From positions 48,311 through 112,310 of IMG/VR virus record IMGVR_UViG_3300031853_000007: a stretch of DNA of 64,000 nt, one strand, 5' to 3'. The position numbers were made by a program, and so were the translations under genes. This document shows positions 41,128-51,191 of the stretch, in pieces; within the stretch, counting starts at the first letter, position 1; each line of letters starts with the position of its first letter. Source of the DNA: a virus. Its lineage: Duplodnaviria > Caudoviricetes. The notes under the pieces are model-generated. The model did no database searches, was not told the DNA's origin, and was given only the letters and a program-made list of their open reading frames with translations.

Positions 41128-41544
41128 ATGAAACTTATTGGCAGTAATTATACAGCTAATGACATATCATTTGGTTCGGTAACGAACGGAGAAGACTTTC
41201 TGTTAGCAACCCTTGATTGGCGTGATTTCGACTTCAAGATACAATACGAAATATGTGATAAGATTGGTTACGGCGAATATGCAGACGAGCTTTCGGGAGA
41301 CGACATCAGTATTTCTTTAGTCGTACCCAGAGTTGGCGGTGTGCTTGATTTTGACCATTGCTATTTACATATTTTAACAATCGGGATAGTTGCAATCGAG
41401 GATGTAACAAAATTAGTTAAGAGTCAGATTAATGTGGATATAAATGCTGATACTTCTTTAATAGAGGTTAAGCTGAATCCATACGAAAGAATTGATTTGC
41501 TTAACGGAATTATTGAGCCTACGGATTTGAGAAAGGTGGTTTGA
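41128..41544 (+). CDS. Hypothetical protein
   Basis: ORF with RBS. Confidence 0.6.
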   Translation: MKLIGSNYTANDISFGSVTNGEDFLLATLDWRDFDFKIQYEICDKIGYGEYADELSGDDISISLVVPRVGGVLDFDHCYLHILTIGIVAIEDVTKLVKSQINVDINADTSLIEVKLNPYERIDLLNGIIEPTDLRKVV

Positions 41545-41964
41545 ATGTGTGACAATGGAGCCTATAGAATGGGTGATATTGTGTTGGTTGACATACCTAA
41601 TAACATCGGACACCAACAGGGCGGTATAAGACCCGCAGTGGTTGTCTCAAATAATATCGGAAATTCTGTTAGCCCTACTATTAAGGTTCTACCAATCACT
41701 ACAAAAAGAACAATAAGTAAACAACCTACCCACGTTCATTTTAAGAAAGGTACTGTTGTGGGGTTAATAAAAGATTCAACCGTTGAAGCTGAGTCAACTT
41801 GGGTTATAAACAAGTGGCAAATTAAAAAGCGACTCGGGCGGTTCAGTGATGAACAGCTTGATAAGATTGCTTACGCTATGGTGTTTGCTGATCCTTTGGT
41901 GGTGAGAGCTTTCGACAAAGGTATAAGAGCCGACACGGAATTTGTAAAATTATACGTAAGATGA
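41545..41964 (+). CDS. PemK/MazF-family endoribonuclease
   Basis: GDIVLVD...GHQQGGIRPAVVVSNN.GN..SPT..VLPITT. Confidence 0.9.
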   Translation: MCDNGAYRMGDIVLVDIPNNIGHQQGGIRPAVVVSNNIGNSVSPTIKVLPITTKRTISKQPTHVHFKKGTVVGLIKDSTVEAESTWVINKWQIKKRLGRFSDEQLDKIAYAMVFADPLVVRAFDKGIRADTEFVKLYVR

Positions 41965-41967
41965 GTA

Positions 41968-41996
41968 TTGACGTTGTGGTAAAAAAATGTTATAAT
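41968..41996 (+). promoter_or_regulatory. SigA promoter
   Basis: TTGACG-17 bp-TATAAT. Confidence 0.8.
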
Positions 41997-42043
41997 GAAA
42001 CTATCTTGATTGTTAAGATGTACTTTTGAAAGGTGGTTTGATT

Positions 42044-42973
42044 ATGAAGTTATCCACTTCGCCTGAGTCTATTACTAGATATAATATTAAAGATAAATTC
42101 TTAGAACATTATAATAACACTGATGATTATGATTTATACAGCGAACTACTTCATAGGATTGATGCTTATGAACAGCTATTTGATAGAGATTTTTTATTCT
42201 TTACGAAGAGTATGTTAATATCATTTACAGAAAGTGAGTTTTGTAAACCTGAACAGTTTGCGGCGTTTACTAGATTATTGAAGGATTATTATTCGTTTCA
42301 CGGAAAGCAGCCGCCTGTCATCGAGGCGGTTCACTTTATTACTGAGAATTTACGACAACATATTGTAGCCAATGAATCTGAGTTACGAACAATTTTAGAT
42401 TCGGTTTTTTTACCAGACGAAGAACGTACATTAGATGTTATGCGTAAAGCGTGTTTGATTTTACTTTATTATGGTATTAATAAAAATGACATTCCTAGTG
42501 TTAAAAAGGAACAAGTCTCTGATACCTTACCTTGTGTCTTATATCCTGATGGTGGGGTATTTAGAGAGAACATACCCGAATACTTCATGGAAACCTTGCG
42601 ACTATGTAAGGTTATGACATTTGCGGTTTCGACGAATCAACAATACACGAGTAGTGAATCGCGGAACAGACCTTTGCAGAACAACGGTTATCTCATTCGT
42701 GCCGAAGCTACTACAAGTAAATCACCGATGGTAGCCACGGCGTTCATTGACAAGATATTCGCTCGGAGTGACTTTAATAAGGTCAACAAAAACCTCAACA
42801 GTAGCCGCCTAATAGAATCGGGCTTTTATTCGTGGATTAAGGCTCGAAAAGGTGAAAGTTTTAGGGGTGAATTTTCTGACTTCAAGGTGCTTTACGAGGA
42901 ATATTTTGGAAAACTTACGAGTAGATACAGAATCTACCATGACAATTATCAAATTTGGCGAAACATAACATAA
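42044..42973 (+). CDS. Degenerate tyrosine-recombinase-fold protein (MrpR/YopR-like repressor)
   Basis: RKACLILLYYGI...I.SVK resembles integrase box I without the catalytic Arg; HxxR absent (SRLIESG). Confidence 0.55.
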   Translation: MKLSTSPESITRYNIKDKFLEHYNNTDDYDLYSELLHRIDAYEQLFDRDFLFFTKSMLISFTESEFCKPEQFAAFTRLLKDYYSFHGKQPPVIEAVHFITENLRQHIVANESELRTILDSVFLPDEERTLDVMRKACLILLYYGINKNDIPSVKKEQVSDTLPCVLYPDGGVFRENIPEYFMETLRLCKVMTFAVSTNQQYTSSESRNRPLQNNGYLIRAEATTSKSPMVATAFIDKIFARSDFNKVNKNLNSSRLIESGFYSWIKARKGESFRGEFSDFKVLYEEYFGKLTSRYRIYHDNYQIWRNIT

Positions 42974-42992
42974 CAACATAATATTGGTAACG

Positions 42993-43023
42993 AGGAGTCG
43001 TCTCATTCGGGGCGGCTCCTTTT
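42993..43023 (+). terminator. Intrinsic terminator
   Basis: AGGAGTCGTCTC/GGGGCGGCTCCT followed by a T-run. Confidence 0.75.
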
Positions 43024-43077
43024 GTTATATCTGAAAGAAAGGAATGATGCTTAACGGAAAATGAAAAACAATGGGTT

Positions 43078-43884
43078 GTGTATTGCCATAAGAATCTCAG
43101 CAATCAGAAAAAGTACATAGGGATAACTTGCCAAAAGCTGAATGAAAGATGGAGAAGTGGTAAGGGATATAAGAGCTGTCCATACTTTTTTCGGGCAATT
43201 GAAAAATACGGATGGGACGGATTTAGTCACACCGTATTGTATGAAAACCTATCGGAAGATGAGGCTAAACAGAAAGAGGTAGAATTAATAAAGAAGTACA
43301 ATACACAAGATGAAAGATATGGGTATAATTTAACTCCCGGTGGTCAAGGTTATTGTGGCAAAGATAACCCTTGGTTTGGACAACATCATACTTTAGAGAC
43401 AAGGCGTAAAATGAGCGAAGCAAGAAAAGGTAGGGTTGTTAGCGAAGAAACTAAACGTAAAATGAGTGAGATAATGAAAGGTCGTATTATTTCCGAAGAG
43501 ACAAGAAGAAAAATGAGTGAAAACCATGCAGATTTTAAAGGAAAAAATAACCCAAGATATGGAAAAAAGAATGATCCTGAACATCAAAGAAAGATGGTAG
43601 AGGCTTCTAAAACCCCAGAGGCTATCGAAAAAATGAAACAGAATAAAACTTGGTATAGCGGAAAAGATAATGCTAATTCTAAACGAGTTATATGTTTAGA
43701 TACGGGGATAGTATATGATACGGTCAACGAAGCTGCTGCTGAAAACGGAGTTTTGCCAAGTAAAGTTTCTTTGGTTTGTCATGGGCATAGAATTCATACT
43801 GGTGGCTTACATTTTGCTTTTTATAATGATGAGTATTATAAAGATGGAAGATTGATTGATAAAGAAAAGAAGGAGGCTTCATAA
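43078..43884 (+). CDS. GIY-YIG homing endonuclease with NUMOD3 repeats
   Basis: [28 protein letters not shown] repeats; the RBS lines up with TTA 43051, so the start is uncertain. Confidence 0.88.
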   Translation: MYCHKNLSNQKKYIGITCQKLNERWRSGKGYKSCPYFFRAIEKYGWDGFSHTVLYENLSEDEAKQKEVELIKKYNTQDERYGYNLTPGGQGYCGKDNPWFGQHHTLETRRKMSEARKGRVVSEETKRKMSEIMKGRIISEETRRKMSENHADFKGKNNPRYGKKNDPEHQRKMVEASKTPEAIEKMKQNKTWYSGKDNANSKRVICLDTGIVYDTVNEAAAENGVLPSKVSLVCHGHRIHTGGLHFAFYNDEYYKDGRLIDKEKKEAS

Positions 43885-44495
43885 TGCGTAGTTGGTTTGA
43901 AGAATTAAGTTCGGTGGACGTTAACGACCACGTTGAAGAAAAAAATGGTTTACGGTATTTACCTTGGATGTGGGCGTGGCAGGAATTAAAGAAAAGATAT
44001 CCTCTTTCATACTCAACTGTGTATGAGACAGAAGAAGGTATGCTTGTTTGGAAAGACCCTGTTGGGTGTCATGTAAAAACATCCATAACGATAGTGTGGG
44101 AAGAAGGTGGAGAAACAAAACAGCATACGGTTACAGAATACTTACCTTGTATGGACTTCAAAAACAAATCTGTGCCATACGACAATGTAGATTCCATGTT
44201 AGTAAACAAAACAGTACAGAGAAGTCTTACCAAATGTATTGCTAGATTGGGTTTGGGTTCGTATTTGTTTTCAGACGAAGATTTGCCCGAAGCTGTGGCA
44301 CAACTACAGGAAGTCAACGACGCTAACTTCAAACTGGCGGTGGAGATATCCAACATCAGCGATGCTAAGAAAAAGGCTGTTGGTGACCTGCTTGATAAGT
44401 ACATAGAGTCTCATGACCCTCGAAAGATTGAGGATATTGATACAGCGAATGAGATTTACAAGGAACTGATGAAGCTCAAGAAAAGTAAGAAGTAA
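43884..44495 (+). CDS. Sak/Rad52-like single-strand annealing protein (DUF1071)
   Basis: VEEKNGLRYLPWMWAW, EYLPCMDFKN, QRSLTKCIARLGLG.YL. Confidence 0.85.
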   Translation: MRSWFEELSSVDVNDHVEEKNGLRYLPWMWAWQELKKRYPLSYSTVYETEEGMLVWKDPVGCHVKTSITIVWEEGGETKQHTVTEYLPCMDFKNKSVPYDNVDSMLVNKTVQRSLTKCIARLGLGSYLFSDEDLPEAVAQLQEVNDANFKLAVEISNISDAKKKAVGDLLDKYIESHDPRKIEDIDTANEIYKELMKLKKSKK

Positions 44496-44820
44496 CAAAG
44501 GATGTGTAACTATGTTTATACCCGAGAATGATGATAATGAGACAATCCTAAAGGAAATTTCTTTTACACTAAACGACCACGGCGCGACATGGATATTATC
44601 AGATGAAGACGATGAAGAAGATGATTGCTCCGTAGATTATACTGACTTCACTAGAATGGTTTGTACTCTGACGGATGTCCACTGTAAATTCACAGCGGAA
44701 AATAACTTCATCGAAATACATCCTGATAGTATGACTTCCTTTGGTGGAGTCTGCATAGAGTTCTACGATGATGGCTCTTTCAAAGGTTTTATTGCAAGTG
44801 AATAAAAGGAGAGATGGTTT

Positions 44821-45219
44821 ATGATTAATTTTAACAATTCTTATGGCTCTGTTTTCAAGGTTGAGGACAAGGGTAACTACGTAAAGGCTGACTTTAGTAC
44901 AGGACGCAAGGATCAGGACGGCAACTTTGTGAACTCCTATTGGAAGGCAGTATTCCTCGGTAAAGCAAAGGACGCTGCTAAGGAACTGACCGACAAGGAC
45001 AGGATTCACGTAACTTCTGGTGGCGTAGCTAACGAGCCGTACACTAATGCTGATGGAGAGAGACGTTCTTATCCTAGCGTAAAGATATTCGAGTTTGAAA
45101 AGCTCGGTTCTAGCAACGGCGCAGCTAAGGAAGATAAGAAGCCCACAAAGAAGACAACCAAGAAGTCTACTAAGAAGGTAGAGGTCGAGGTTGACGACGA
45201 CGATGAAGTTCCGTTCTAA
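44821..45219 (+). CDS. ssb: Single-stranded DNA-binding protein
   Basis: OB-fold-like, acidic C-terminus DDDDEVPF. Confidence 0.85.
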   Translation: MINFNNSYGSVFKVEDKGNYVKADFSTGRKDQDGNFVNSYWKAVFLGKAKDAAKELTDKDRIHVTSGGVANEPYTNADGERRSYPSVKIFEFEKLGSSNGAAKEDKKPTKKTTKKSTKKVEVEVDDDDEVPF

Positions 45220-45233
45220 TATAACAGGAGATT

Positions 45234-45533
45234 ATGATGAAGAGAACTATAAGACGTGGTGTATTTGAGACAAATAGCAGCTCCGTTCACTCCATGGTTA
45301 TCTGTAACGACGAGGAGTGGAGGAAGTGGCAACTCGGTGAGTTAGTTTACGATTATTGGAGTGATAGACTTATTGAAGTTACCGACGAAACTAAACCTAA
45401 CGGAGACCGTTATTGTGATTTTGAAGATGTAATTGAGTGTAGTTGGTTTAAAGATTACTGTACTTTCAGTGAGGAATACACTACAGAGAGTGGAGACCTA
45501 GTCCATATCTTTGGATACTACGGTCACGATTGA
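45234..45533 (+). CDS. Second FETNSSS-motif protein
   Basis: MKRTIRRGVFETNSSSVHS...FGYYGHD. Confidence 0.8.
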   Translation: MMKRTIRRGVFETNSSSVHSMVICNDEEWRKWQLGELVYDYWSDRLIEVTDETKPNGDRYCDFEDVIECSWFKDYCTFSEEYTTESGDLVHIFGYYGHD

Positions 45534-45567
45534 TGAAATCTGACAGCCCGGAAAGACGGGCATTTAT

Positions 45568-45638
45568 TTCGGCTTAGTTTATTGGTAGAACAAGAGTTTT
45601 TGGCACTCTAGGAAAAGGTTCGAGTCCTTTAGCCGAAG
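45568..45638 (+). tRNA. tRNA-Gln(TTG)
   Basis: Cloverleaf, acceptor TTCGGCT/AGCCGAA, loop TT-TTG-GC. Confidence 0.82.
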
Positions 45639-45783
45639 TTTGCGTGAACACCTCCTAGACGATTCGACTCCGCCGTCGAAGAATAGTAGACGGCGGGCAT
45701 CGAGTCGGGTTGCATCACGCATGTAAGTTTACTTTTCCTTTTCATAAATCTATGTAAAGGAGTTGTTTAAAATGTAATTATTT

Positions 45784-45857
45784 CGGGGCATACGTCAATT
45801 TGGTAGACGGCGACATTTGGGATGTCGAGGCTGTGGGTTCAAGTCCCGCTGCTCCGA
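45784..45857 (+). tRNA. tRNA-Pro(TGG)
   Basis: Cloverleaf, acceptor CGGGGCA/TGCTCCG. Confidence 0.92.
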
Positions 45858-45863
45858 TTTTTT

Positions 45864-45946
45864 GCAACAGTAGCTTAACGGGAAAGCAGCGGGTACCCCT
45901 TAAAAACAAGTATAGCAAGTTGTTGGTTCGAGTCCAATCTGTTGCA
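45864..45946 (+). tRNA. tRNA-like RNA with aberrant anticodon arm
   Basis: Normal acceptor, D and T arms; about 28 nt of irregular sequence in place of the anticodon arm. Confidence 0.65.
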
Positions 45947-46026
45947 TTGCTTTATGTTAAAAAAGCATACATTTAGCGTCTGACTTCTTGGAAAGACAAG
46001 ATGACAGCTCGAAAAGACGAGCATTC

Positions 46027-46101
46027 GCTCCCTTGGTGGAATTGGCATACACATCGGTTTTAAGTCCCGTTCATTTGCGAGTTCGAGTCTCGCAGGGAGC
46101 A
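46027..46101 (+). tRNA. tRNA-Leu(TAA), atypical
   Basis: Acceptor GCTCCCT/AGGGAGC; weak anticodon stem; short variable arm. Confidence 0.7.
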
Positions 46102-46104
46102 TAT

Positions 46105-46184
46105 GCCCTCATGGTGGAATAGGAAGACACGGCGGCTTCAAGTACCGCTTCGTAAGAGTATCGGTTCGAGTCCGATTGGGGGTA
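46105..46184 (+). tRNA. tRNA-Leu(CAA)
   Basis: Cloverleaf, loop TT-CAA-GT, variable arm present. Confidence 0.88.
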
Positions 46185-46236
46185 TTAAATGCGAGAAAGT
46201 CTCGCATATTTTTTACGAATATTACAGAGGTGTTAA

Positions 46237-46842
46237 TTGATTATGACAGAAGAGAAAAGAAAAGAACTCGAAGAAAGATTTGACTCACTGCTGATTAGTG
46301 TTCAGCGTGACGGTGTAGGTAAGCTGATTGAGTATCTGCATACTACAGATTTCTACACGGCTCCCGCAAGCACCCGCTTCCATTCATCATACGAGGGTGG
46401 ACTTCTTGCTCACTCGCTCAATGTTTATGATATGTTGAAGGCGAAGATGGAGACTCCTACTTGGAAGGATTACGGTTACGCCGATTCTACTATTGCAATC
46501 GTAGCTCTGTGTCACGATTTATGTAAGGTTAACTTCTATGATGTCGAGATGCGAAATCGTAAGAACGATGCAGGTAAGTGGGAACAGTATCCTTTTTACA
46601 TAACCAACGATAAGAGTCCTTACGGTCATGGTGAGAAGAGTGCAATGATGACTCAGCACTTTATCAAGCTGACAGCCGAGGAGATGTATGCAATTCGTTG
46701 GCATATGGGATTTAGCGAACCGCGAGAGAATTATGGTTATCTTGGAAAAGCTATGGAACTTTATCCACTGATAGTTGCCTTGCATGAGGCTGATTTGGAA
46801 GCGACCTATTTGATCGAGAGCAAGGAGGGTTCTGATGAATGA
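46237..46842 (+). CDS. HD-domain phosphohydrolase
   Basis: APASTRFH, GGLLAHS, CHDLCK, GHGEKS, IRWHMG, HEAD. Confidence 0.9.
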   Translation: MIMTEEKRKELEERFDSLLISVQRDGVGKLIEYLHTTDFYTAPASTRFHSSYEGGLLAHSLNVYDMLKAKMETPTWKDYGYADSTIAIVALCHDLCKVNFYDVEMRNRKNDAGKWEQYPFYITNDKSPYGHGEKSAMMTQHFIKLTAEEMYAIRWHMGFSEPRENYGYLGKAMELYPLIVALHEADLEATYLIESKEGSDE

Positions 46843-47581
46843 TATTCAGCTATTCGTAAATGAAGAATTAGGTAATCTTAGAGGAACTAATATAAAAGGT
46901 GAACCTTGGGTGGTAGGAAAAGATGTAGCAGAAGCACTTGGGTACAAAGAAACGGCAAAGGCAATTAGAACCCATGTTGACGAAGAAGATAAAGGGGTGT
47001 CTGTTTTGGACACCCCCGGCGGAAAACAGAAAGTGGTAGTAATTAATGAGTCGGGTTTCTATTCATTAGTTATGAGTAGTAAACTTCCCGACGCAAAAAG
47101 GTTTAAGCGTTGGGTTACATCAGAGGTTCTTCCGACTCTCCGTAAGAACGGCACTTATTCGATAGCTGCTAAGCCTGACAGCTATACTATTGAAGACCCC
47201 GCTGCTAGAGCGAGACGTTGGGCTGAGGAATACGAAGAGAAGAGGGCATTGGAGATGAAAGTCGAGAAAGATGCTCCGATGGTGGCATTTGCGGAACAAG
47301 TAAGTGTAGCTAAGGATTCTGATTGCATTGACTTCTCTGCGATGGCTAAGATAATAAAAGACCACGATATTCCTATGGGTAGAAATAAGCTGTTCGATTT
47401 AGCAAGAAAATTCAAGTGGCTTCGTCCCAACAACGAACCTTATCAGCAGTACATAAATCAGGGATATTTTACAGTGGTGGAATACCTGAGAAATGGGAAG
47501 CCTATGACCAAAACTCTTATTACGGGCAAAGGTCAGCTTTACATAACACAGAAAATTCTTGACTATTATAGAGGTGATTGA
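46835..47581 (+). CDS. BRO-N/KilAC antirepressor (second copy)
   Basis: Same motifs as 7280-8038. Confidence 0.92.
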   Translation: MNDIQLFVNEELGNLRGTNIKGEPWVVGKDVAEALGYKETAKAIRTHVDEEDKGVSVLDTPGGKQKVVVINESGFYSLVMSSKLPDAKRFKRWVTSEVLPTLRKNGTYSIAAKPDSYTIEDPAARARRWAEEYEEKRALEMKVEKDAPMVAFAEQVSVAKDSDCIDFSAMAKIIKDHDIPMGRNKLFDLARKFKWLRPNNEPYQQYINQGYFTVVEYLRNGKPMTKTLITGKGQLYITQKILDYYRGD

Positions 47582-47582
47582 T

Positions 47583-48050
47583 ATGGCAAGTCAGAAACTC
47601 GTTAAGTGCAGATACACACATTGCAGACATAAGGATGATTTGTTTCCACCGGATCAAATGGTTCAAGGTGGTCGGGGAACTTATTATCATCCCGAATGTG
47701 CCGCCGAACGAGATACGATAAACCAAATAGTTGATTACTACTGTAGTAATGTGGATGATAGGGTGACGATATCACAGCTTCGTAGTGTTATTAATAACAT
47801 TATATTTAAGAAGGGGGTTCCAGCAAAGGAACTCCTTTTTGATTTAAAGTATACCCACGAATCGGGGCGTAGGATTAACTCTCCTCTGTCTCTACATTAC
47901 ATAATAACAAATAAAAAGGTGCAACACGAATACAAGAAGCACCTTGAATCGACGGTTAAGGACTTCGATACGAAAGAAGTCAAAGTCAAAGAGGAGACTA
48001 AGGTTGAATATAAGCCGTCGAATAATAAAGGATTTGCAGATATATTCTAA
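47583..48050 (+). CDS. Hypothetical Zn-binding protein upstream of the helicase
   Basis: CRYTHC...YHPEC. Confidence 0.6.
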   Translation: MASQKLVKCRYTHCRHKDDLFPPDQMVQGGRGTYYHPECAAERDTINQIVDYYCSNVDDRVTISQLRSVINNIIFKKGVPAKELLFDLKYTHESGRRINSPLSLHYIITNKKVQHEYKKHLESTVKDFDTKEVKVKEETKVEYKPSNNKGFADIF

Positions 48051-48058
48051 GAAAGGGG

Positions 48059-49405
48059 TTGGTTAGTTTGGCAATATCGAAACTCAACGATGACTTAGCC
48101 GAAGCCGCAACAATCTCCACGCTAGTAACCCACCCTGAATTTATCTTTCAGGGTACACCTCTTAAACCGAGGTATTTTTACAGAGAAGATAATCAGTGTA
48201 TCTATTGGGCGATTAACGAACTTTATAAGAGTGGAATCGACAATATAGACGCTGTAAATCTCACGAATATGATTAACTCGAACGCATCGGTGAGACGAAT
48301 TATGGACAAGTATGACTTAGGTAATATGAGTGAATACATTAGTCTGTGTTCCGAATCAGCGAGACATACGGTTGACGAATATAAAGCGCTTGCTAGAGAG
48401 GTAAAAACTCTGGCATTTAAGCGTTCATATAGTGACTTAATGCGGAAGCTACAGAATACTTGCGGTGATGATGTTGACTTGTCGCAGTTAAGTGCAACTA
48501 CATATTCTAAACTCTCTAAATTAACTGAGGAGTTTGTGGTTGATGAAACGGTTGAAATGTTCGGTGATAAAGTTGACCAGCTCTGGGGTGAGATTGAAAG
48601 TCGGCGATCTGAGGATGGTCTATATGGTATCCCATCTAAGTTTGAAAAGCTGAATAATTACTTTACATATGAGCCTACTGAACTTATTCTTCTGAAAGCT
48701 AGAATGAAGAAGGGTAAGTCGGCATGGATGATGAATGAAGCCATTCACAAGATTAAGATGGGTATACCTACAGTATACTTCGATACGGAGATGGCAGACA
48801 GATTGTTCTTTGAGCGTATGCTTGCTAACGTATCTGGTGTAAAAATACGAGATATTAAGAGCGGGCTTTATTCTAAAGAGGAAGCTAAGAAATTAAGTGA
48901 AGCAAAGGAATGGATAAAGAAAGTTCCTTTCGTACACATCTATGACCCGCAGTTTACCAACGATAAGATATACGCGACATGTAATATCTTGAAGTACAAG
49001 ATGGATTTACAGTTTGTTATATACGATTACATGAAGTCAAACACTACAGATTCTTCGGCGCAATACAATGAACTTGGTAGCAAATGTGACTTCTTGAAGA
49101 ATAACATAGCCGGCGACCTTGACTTAGCAGTACTTGCAGCTTGTCAGCTCAATAGAAACATGGAAGTTGCAGACTCCGATAAGATAGAGCGTTATTGTAG
49201 TGCGAGTCTCCTATGGCAGAACAAAAATGCGGAACAGATTGCAGTTGATGGTACAGAATGTGGTAACTTTAAATTGTCGGTCAACCTTAATCGTCTCGGC
49301 GATCAGATGCCCGACGATGATTACATTGACTTCAATTTCGTGGGCGACGTTATGAGAATTGACGAAACGGCGGTACAACATTCTAAAACGGAAGGTAGCT
49401 ACTAA
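48059..49405 (+). CDS. dnaB: Replicative helicase DnaB-like
   Basis: ARMKKGKS, DTEM, IYDY, CQLNR. Confidence 0.9.
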   Translation: MVSLAISKLNDDLAEAATISTLVTHPEFIFQGTPLKPRYFYREDNQCIYWAINELYKSGIDNIDAVNLTNMINSNASVRRIMDKYDLGNMSEYISLCSESARHTVDEYKALAREVKTLAFKRSYSDLMRKLQNTCGDDVDLSQLSATTYSKLSKLTEEFVVDETVEMFGDKVDQLWGEIESRRSEDGLYGIPSKFEKLNNYFTYEPTELILLKARMKKGKSAWMMNEAIHKIKMGIPTVYFDTEMADRLFFERMLANVSGVKIRDIKSGLYSKEEAKKLSEAKEWIKKVPFVHIYDPQFTNDKIYATCNILKYKMDLQFVIYDYMKSNTTDSSAQYNELGSKCDFLKNNIAGDLDLAVLAACQLNRNMEVADSDKIERYCSASLLWQNKNAEQIAVDGTECGNFKLSVNLNRLGDQMPDDDYIDFNFVGDVMRIDETAVQHSKTEGSY

Positions 49406-49407
49406 AC

Positions 49408-50409
49408 ATGAGAAAATCTTACGACCAAGGGGCATTGAATAGAATCAAGGAGAGTATCTCACTTGAAGATTACATATCTCAGTACGTGGATTTGAAACCA
49501 CGTCAAGGTAATCTATTCGGTTTATGTCCGTTCCACAATGAGGATACGCCGTCATTTGCAGTGAATCCAAAAGAGGGATATTATCATTGTTTTGGTTGTA
49601 ATTGTGGCGGTAACATCTTCACATTCATGATGAAAAAAGAAGGTTTGAGTTTTGCAGAAGCGGTCGAAAAAGCAAGTAGACTTGCAGGGGTCGAGATTGA
49701 TACGTTTGAAAAGTCGGAAACTCTCGATGTCATGAGACAAATTAACAAGAAGATAAGTTACTCTGACGGTGAACACAAGGTGATCGACAGGCAAATTTAT
49801 AATGCTTACGCTGACTACATTGACGAGTCGTGGGTTAATGAAGGAATTAAACCTGAGATGTTTGGGCGATACGAGATAAAGCTAGACAATAAAAAGAACA
49901 GGATAATCTACCCTGTGTATAGCAATGACAATCAGCTTATTAACATCAAAGGACGTACATTATATGATGACTATAAGACTTTAAAGATTCCAAAGTACAT
50001 CAACTATTTTAAAGTGGGGTGTATGGATTATCTACAAGGTCTTCACTTAACCAGAGAAGCAATACGACAAAAGAACGAAGTTATAATTTTCGAGGGTATA
50101 AAGAGCTGTATGAAGGCTGAGGGTTACGGTTATCATAATGTGGTTTCCGCTGAAACTTGTAGGCTCACAAAAGAGCAAATTAAACTTCTTATTTCATTGA
50201 AATGTAACGTTGTGATAGCGTTTGATAAAGACAAATCGCTGTCAGATTTTTATGATAAGGGAGTCAAAATGTTATCAAGGTTTACGAATGTGTACTACAT
50301 TAATGACGTTGGTAATCTGCTTGGTGCTCCAGATGAAAAGAACGCTCCTGTAGACAAAGGAAGAGAAGTGTGGGAACAACTATATAATAATATGAAGGCG
50401 GTGAGGTAA
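49408..50409 (+). CDS. dnaG: DNA primase
   Basis: CPFHNEDTPSF...CFGC zinc finger; TOPRIM FEG and AFDKD. Confidence 0.92.
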   Translation: MRKSYDQGALNRIKESISLEDYISQYVDLKPRQGNLFGLCPFHNEDTPSFAVNPKEGYYHCFGCNCGGNIFTFMMKKEGLSFAEAVEKASRLAGVEIDTFEKSETLDVMRQINKKISYSDGEHKVIDRQIYNAYADYIDESWVNEGIKPEMFGRYEIKLDNKKNRIIYPVYSNDNQLINIKGRTLYDDYKTLKIPKYINYFKVGCMDYLQGLHLTREAIRQKNEVIIFEGIKSCMKAEGYGYHNVVSAETCRLTKEQIKLLISLKCNVVIAFDKDKSLSDFYDKGVKMLSRFTNVYYINDVGNLLGAPDEKNAPVDKGREVWEQLYNNMKAVR

Positions 50410-50428
50410 GATTAACGGGTATAGTTTT

Positions 50429-51178
50429 TTGTTAGATGGGTTACGTTGGAGCTATAGCAATCTAAAGATGTTTGAGGATTGTCCTTGTGCTTGGTATAAG
50501 AAATACATAGATGGAAATACCGAAAGAGTGGGTAACGCATACGGCGATTTTGGTACTTTCTGTCACTCTCTACTAGAGAAATACGAGAAAGGTATCTACG
50601 CAAGAGACGAACTACTTAAAGTTTACGAGGATACATTCTTTGACGAGATTAATTCTTTTAGTATAGGAAAGAACGATCCGTTAGACAAGCTGTATGATTA
50701 CGGCTACGATTATTTTTCTAACGTGAATATTGATTTGGAGAAAATGAAGCCGATTTATGTTGAAGAGAATATTGAATTTAACCTCGGCAAGCATAAATTT
50801 CGCGGTATCATAGACTTCATGTACGAAGATGAAAACGGAGACGTTGTTATTCTCGACCATAAGACTTCGGAATATTCGGTCTCTCAAAAGGGAACGATAA
50901 AGAAATCTAAAGAGAAGGTAATGCTCGGGTATCAGAGACAGCTCGGGTTGTATACCATCGGAGTTCTTCAACTTCAAAAGTATAAGCCGAAATACATCGG
51001 CTGGAACTTCATACGTGGCGGAAAGATATATAAGATGCCTATTACTCCTGAGATACTTGAAGATGCAAAGACTTGGGGGTTAGGTGTTATTGATAAGATT
51101 TACAATGAAGAATCATTCGCTAAGAACAAAAATTACTTCATGTGTTCGATGCTATGTGATTTCAGAAATGAATGTTAA
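50429..51178 (+). CDS. PD-(D/E)xK RecB/Cas4-like exonuclease
   Basis: SYS..F..CP, GIID, ILDHKT, QL..Y, C...C.F...C. Confidence 0.88.
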   Translation: MLDGLRWSYSNLKMFEDCPCAWYKKYIDGNTERVGNAYGDFGTFCHSLLEKYEKGIYARDELLKVYEDTFFDEINSFSIGKNDPLDKLYDYGYDYFSNVNIDLEKMKPIYVEENIEFNLGKHKFRGIIDFMYEDENGDVVILDHKTSEYSVSQKGTIKKSKEKVMLGYQRQLGLYTIGVLQLQKYKPKYIGWNFIRGGKIYKMPITPEILEDAKTWGLGVIDKIYNEESFAKNKNYFMCSMLCDFRNEC

Positions 51179-51191
51179 GGTGGTGATATAG

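Noticed and set aside
45864-45946. Suppressor tRNA or stop-codon reassignment
   Set aside because: No canonical anticodon loop, and genes terminate normally at TAA, TAG and TGA; the split genes are explained by introns, an IS or G-tracts
45875-46102. Minus-strand ORF of 75 aa
   Set aside because: Antisense to tRNA genes
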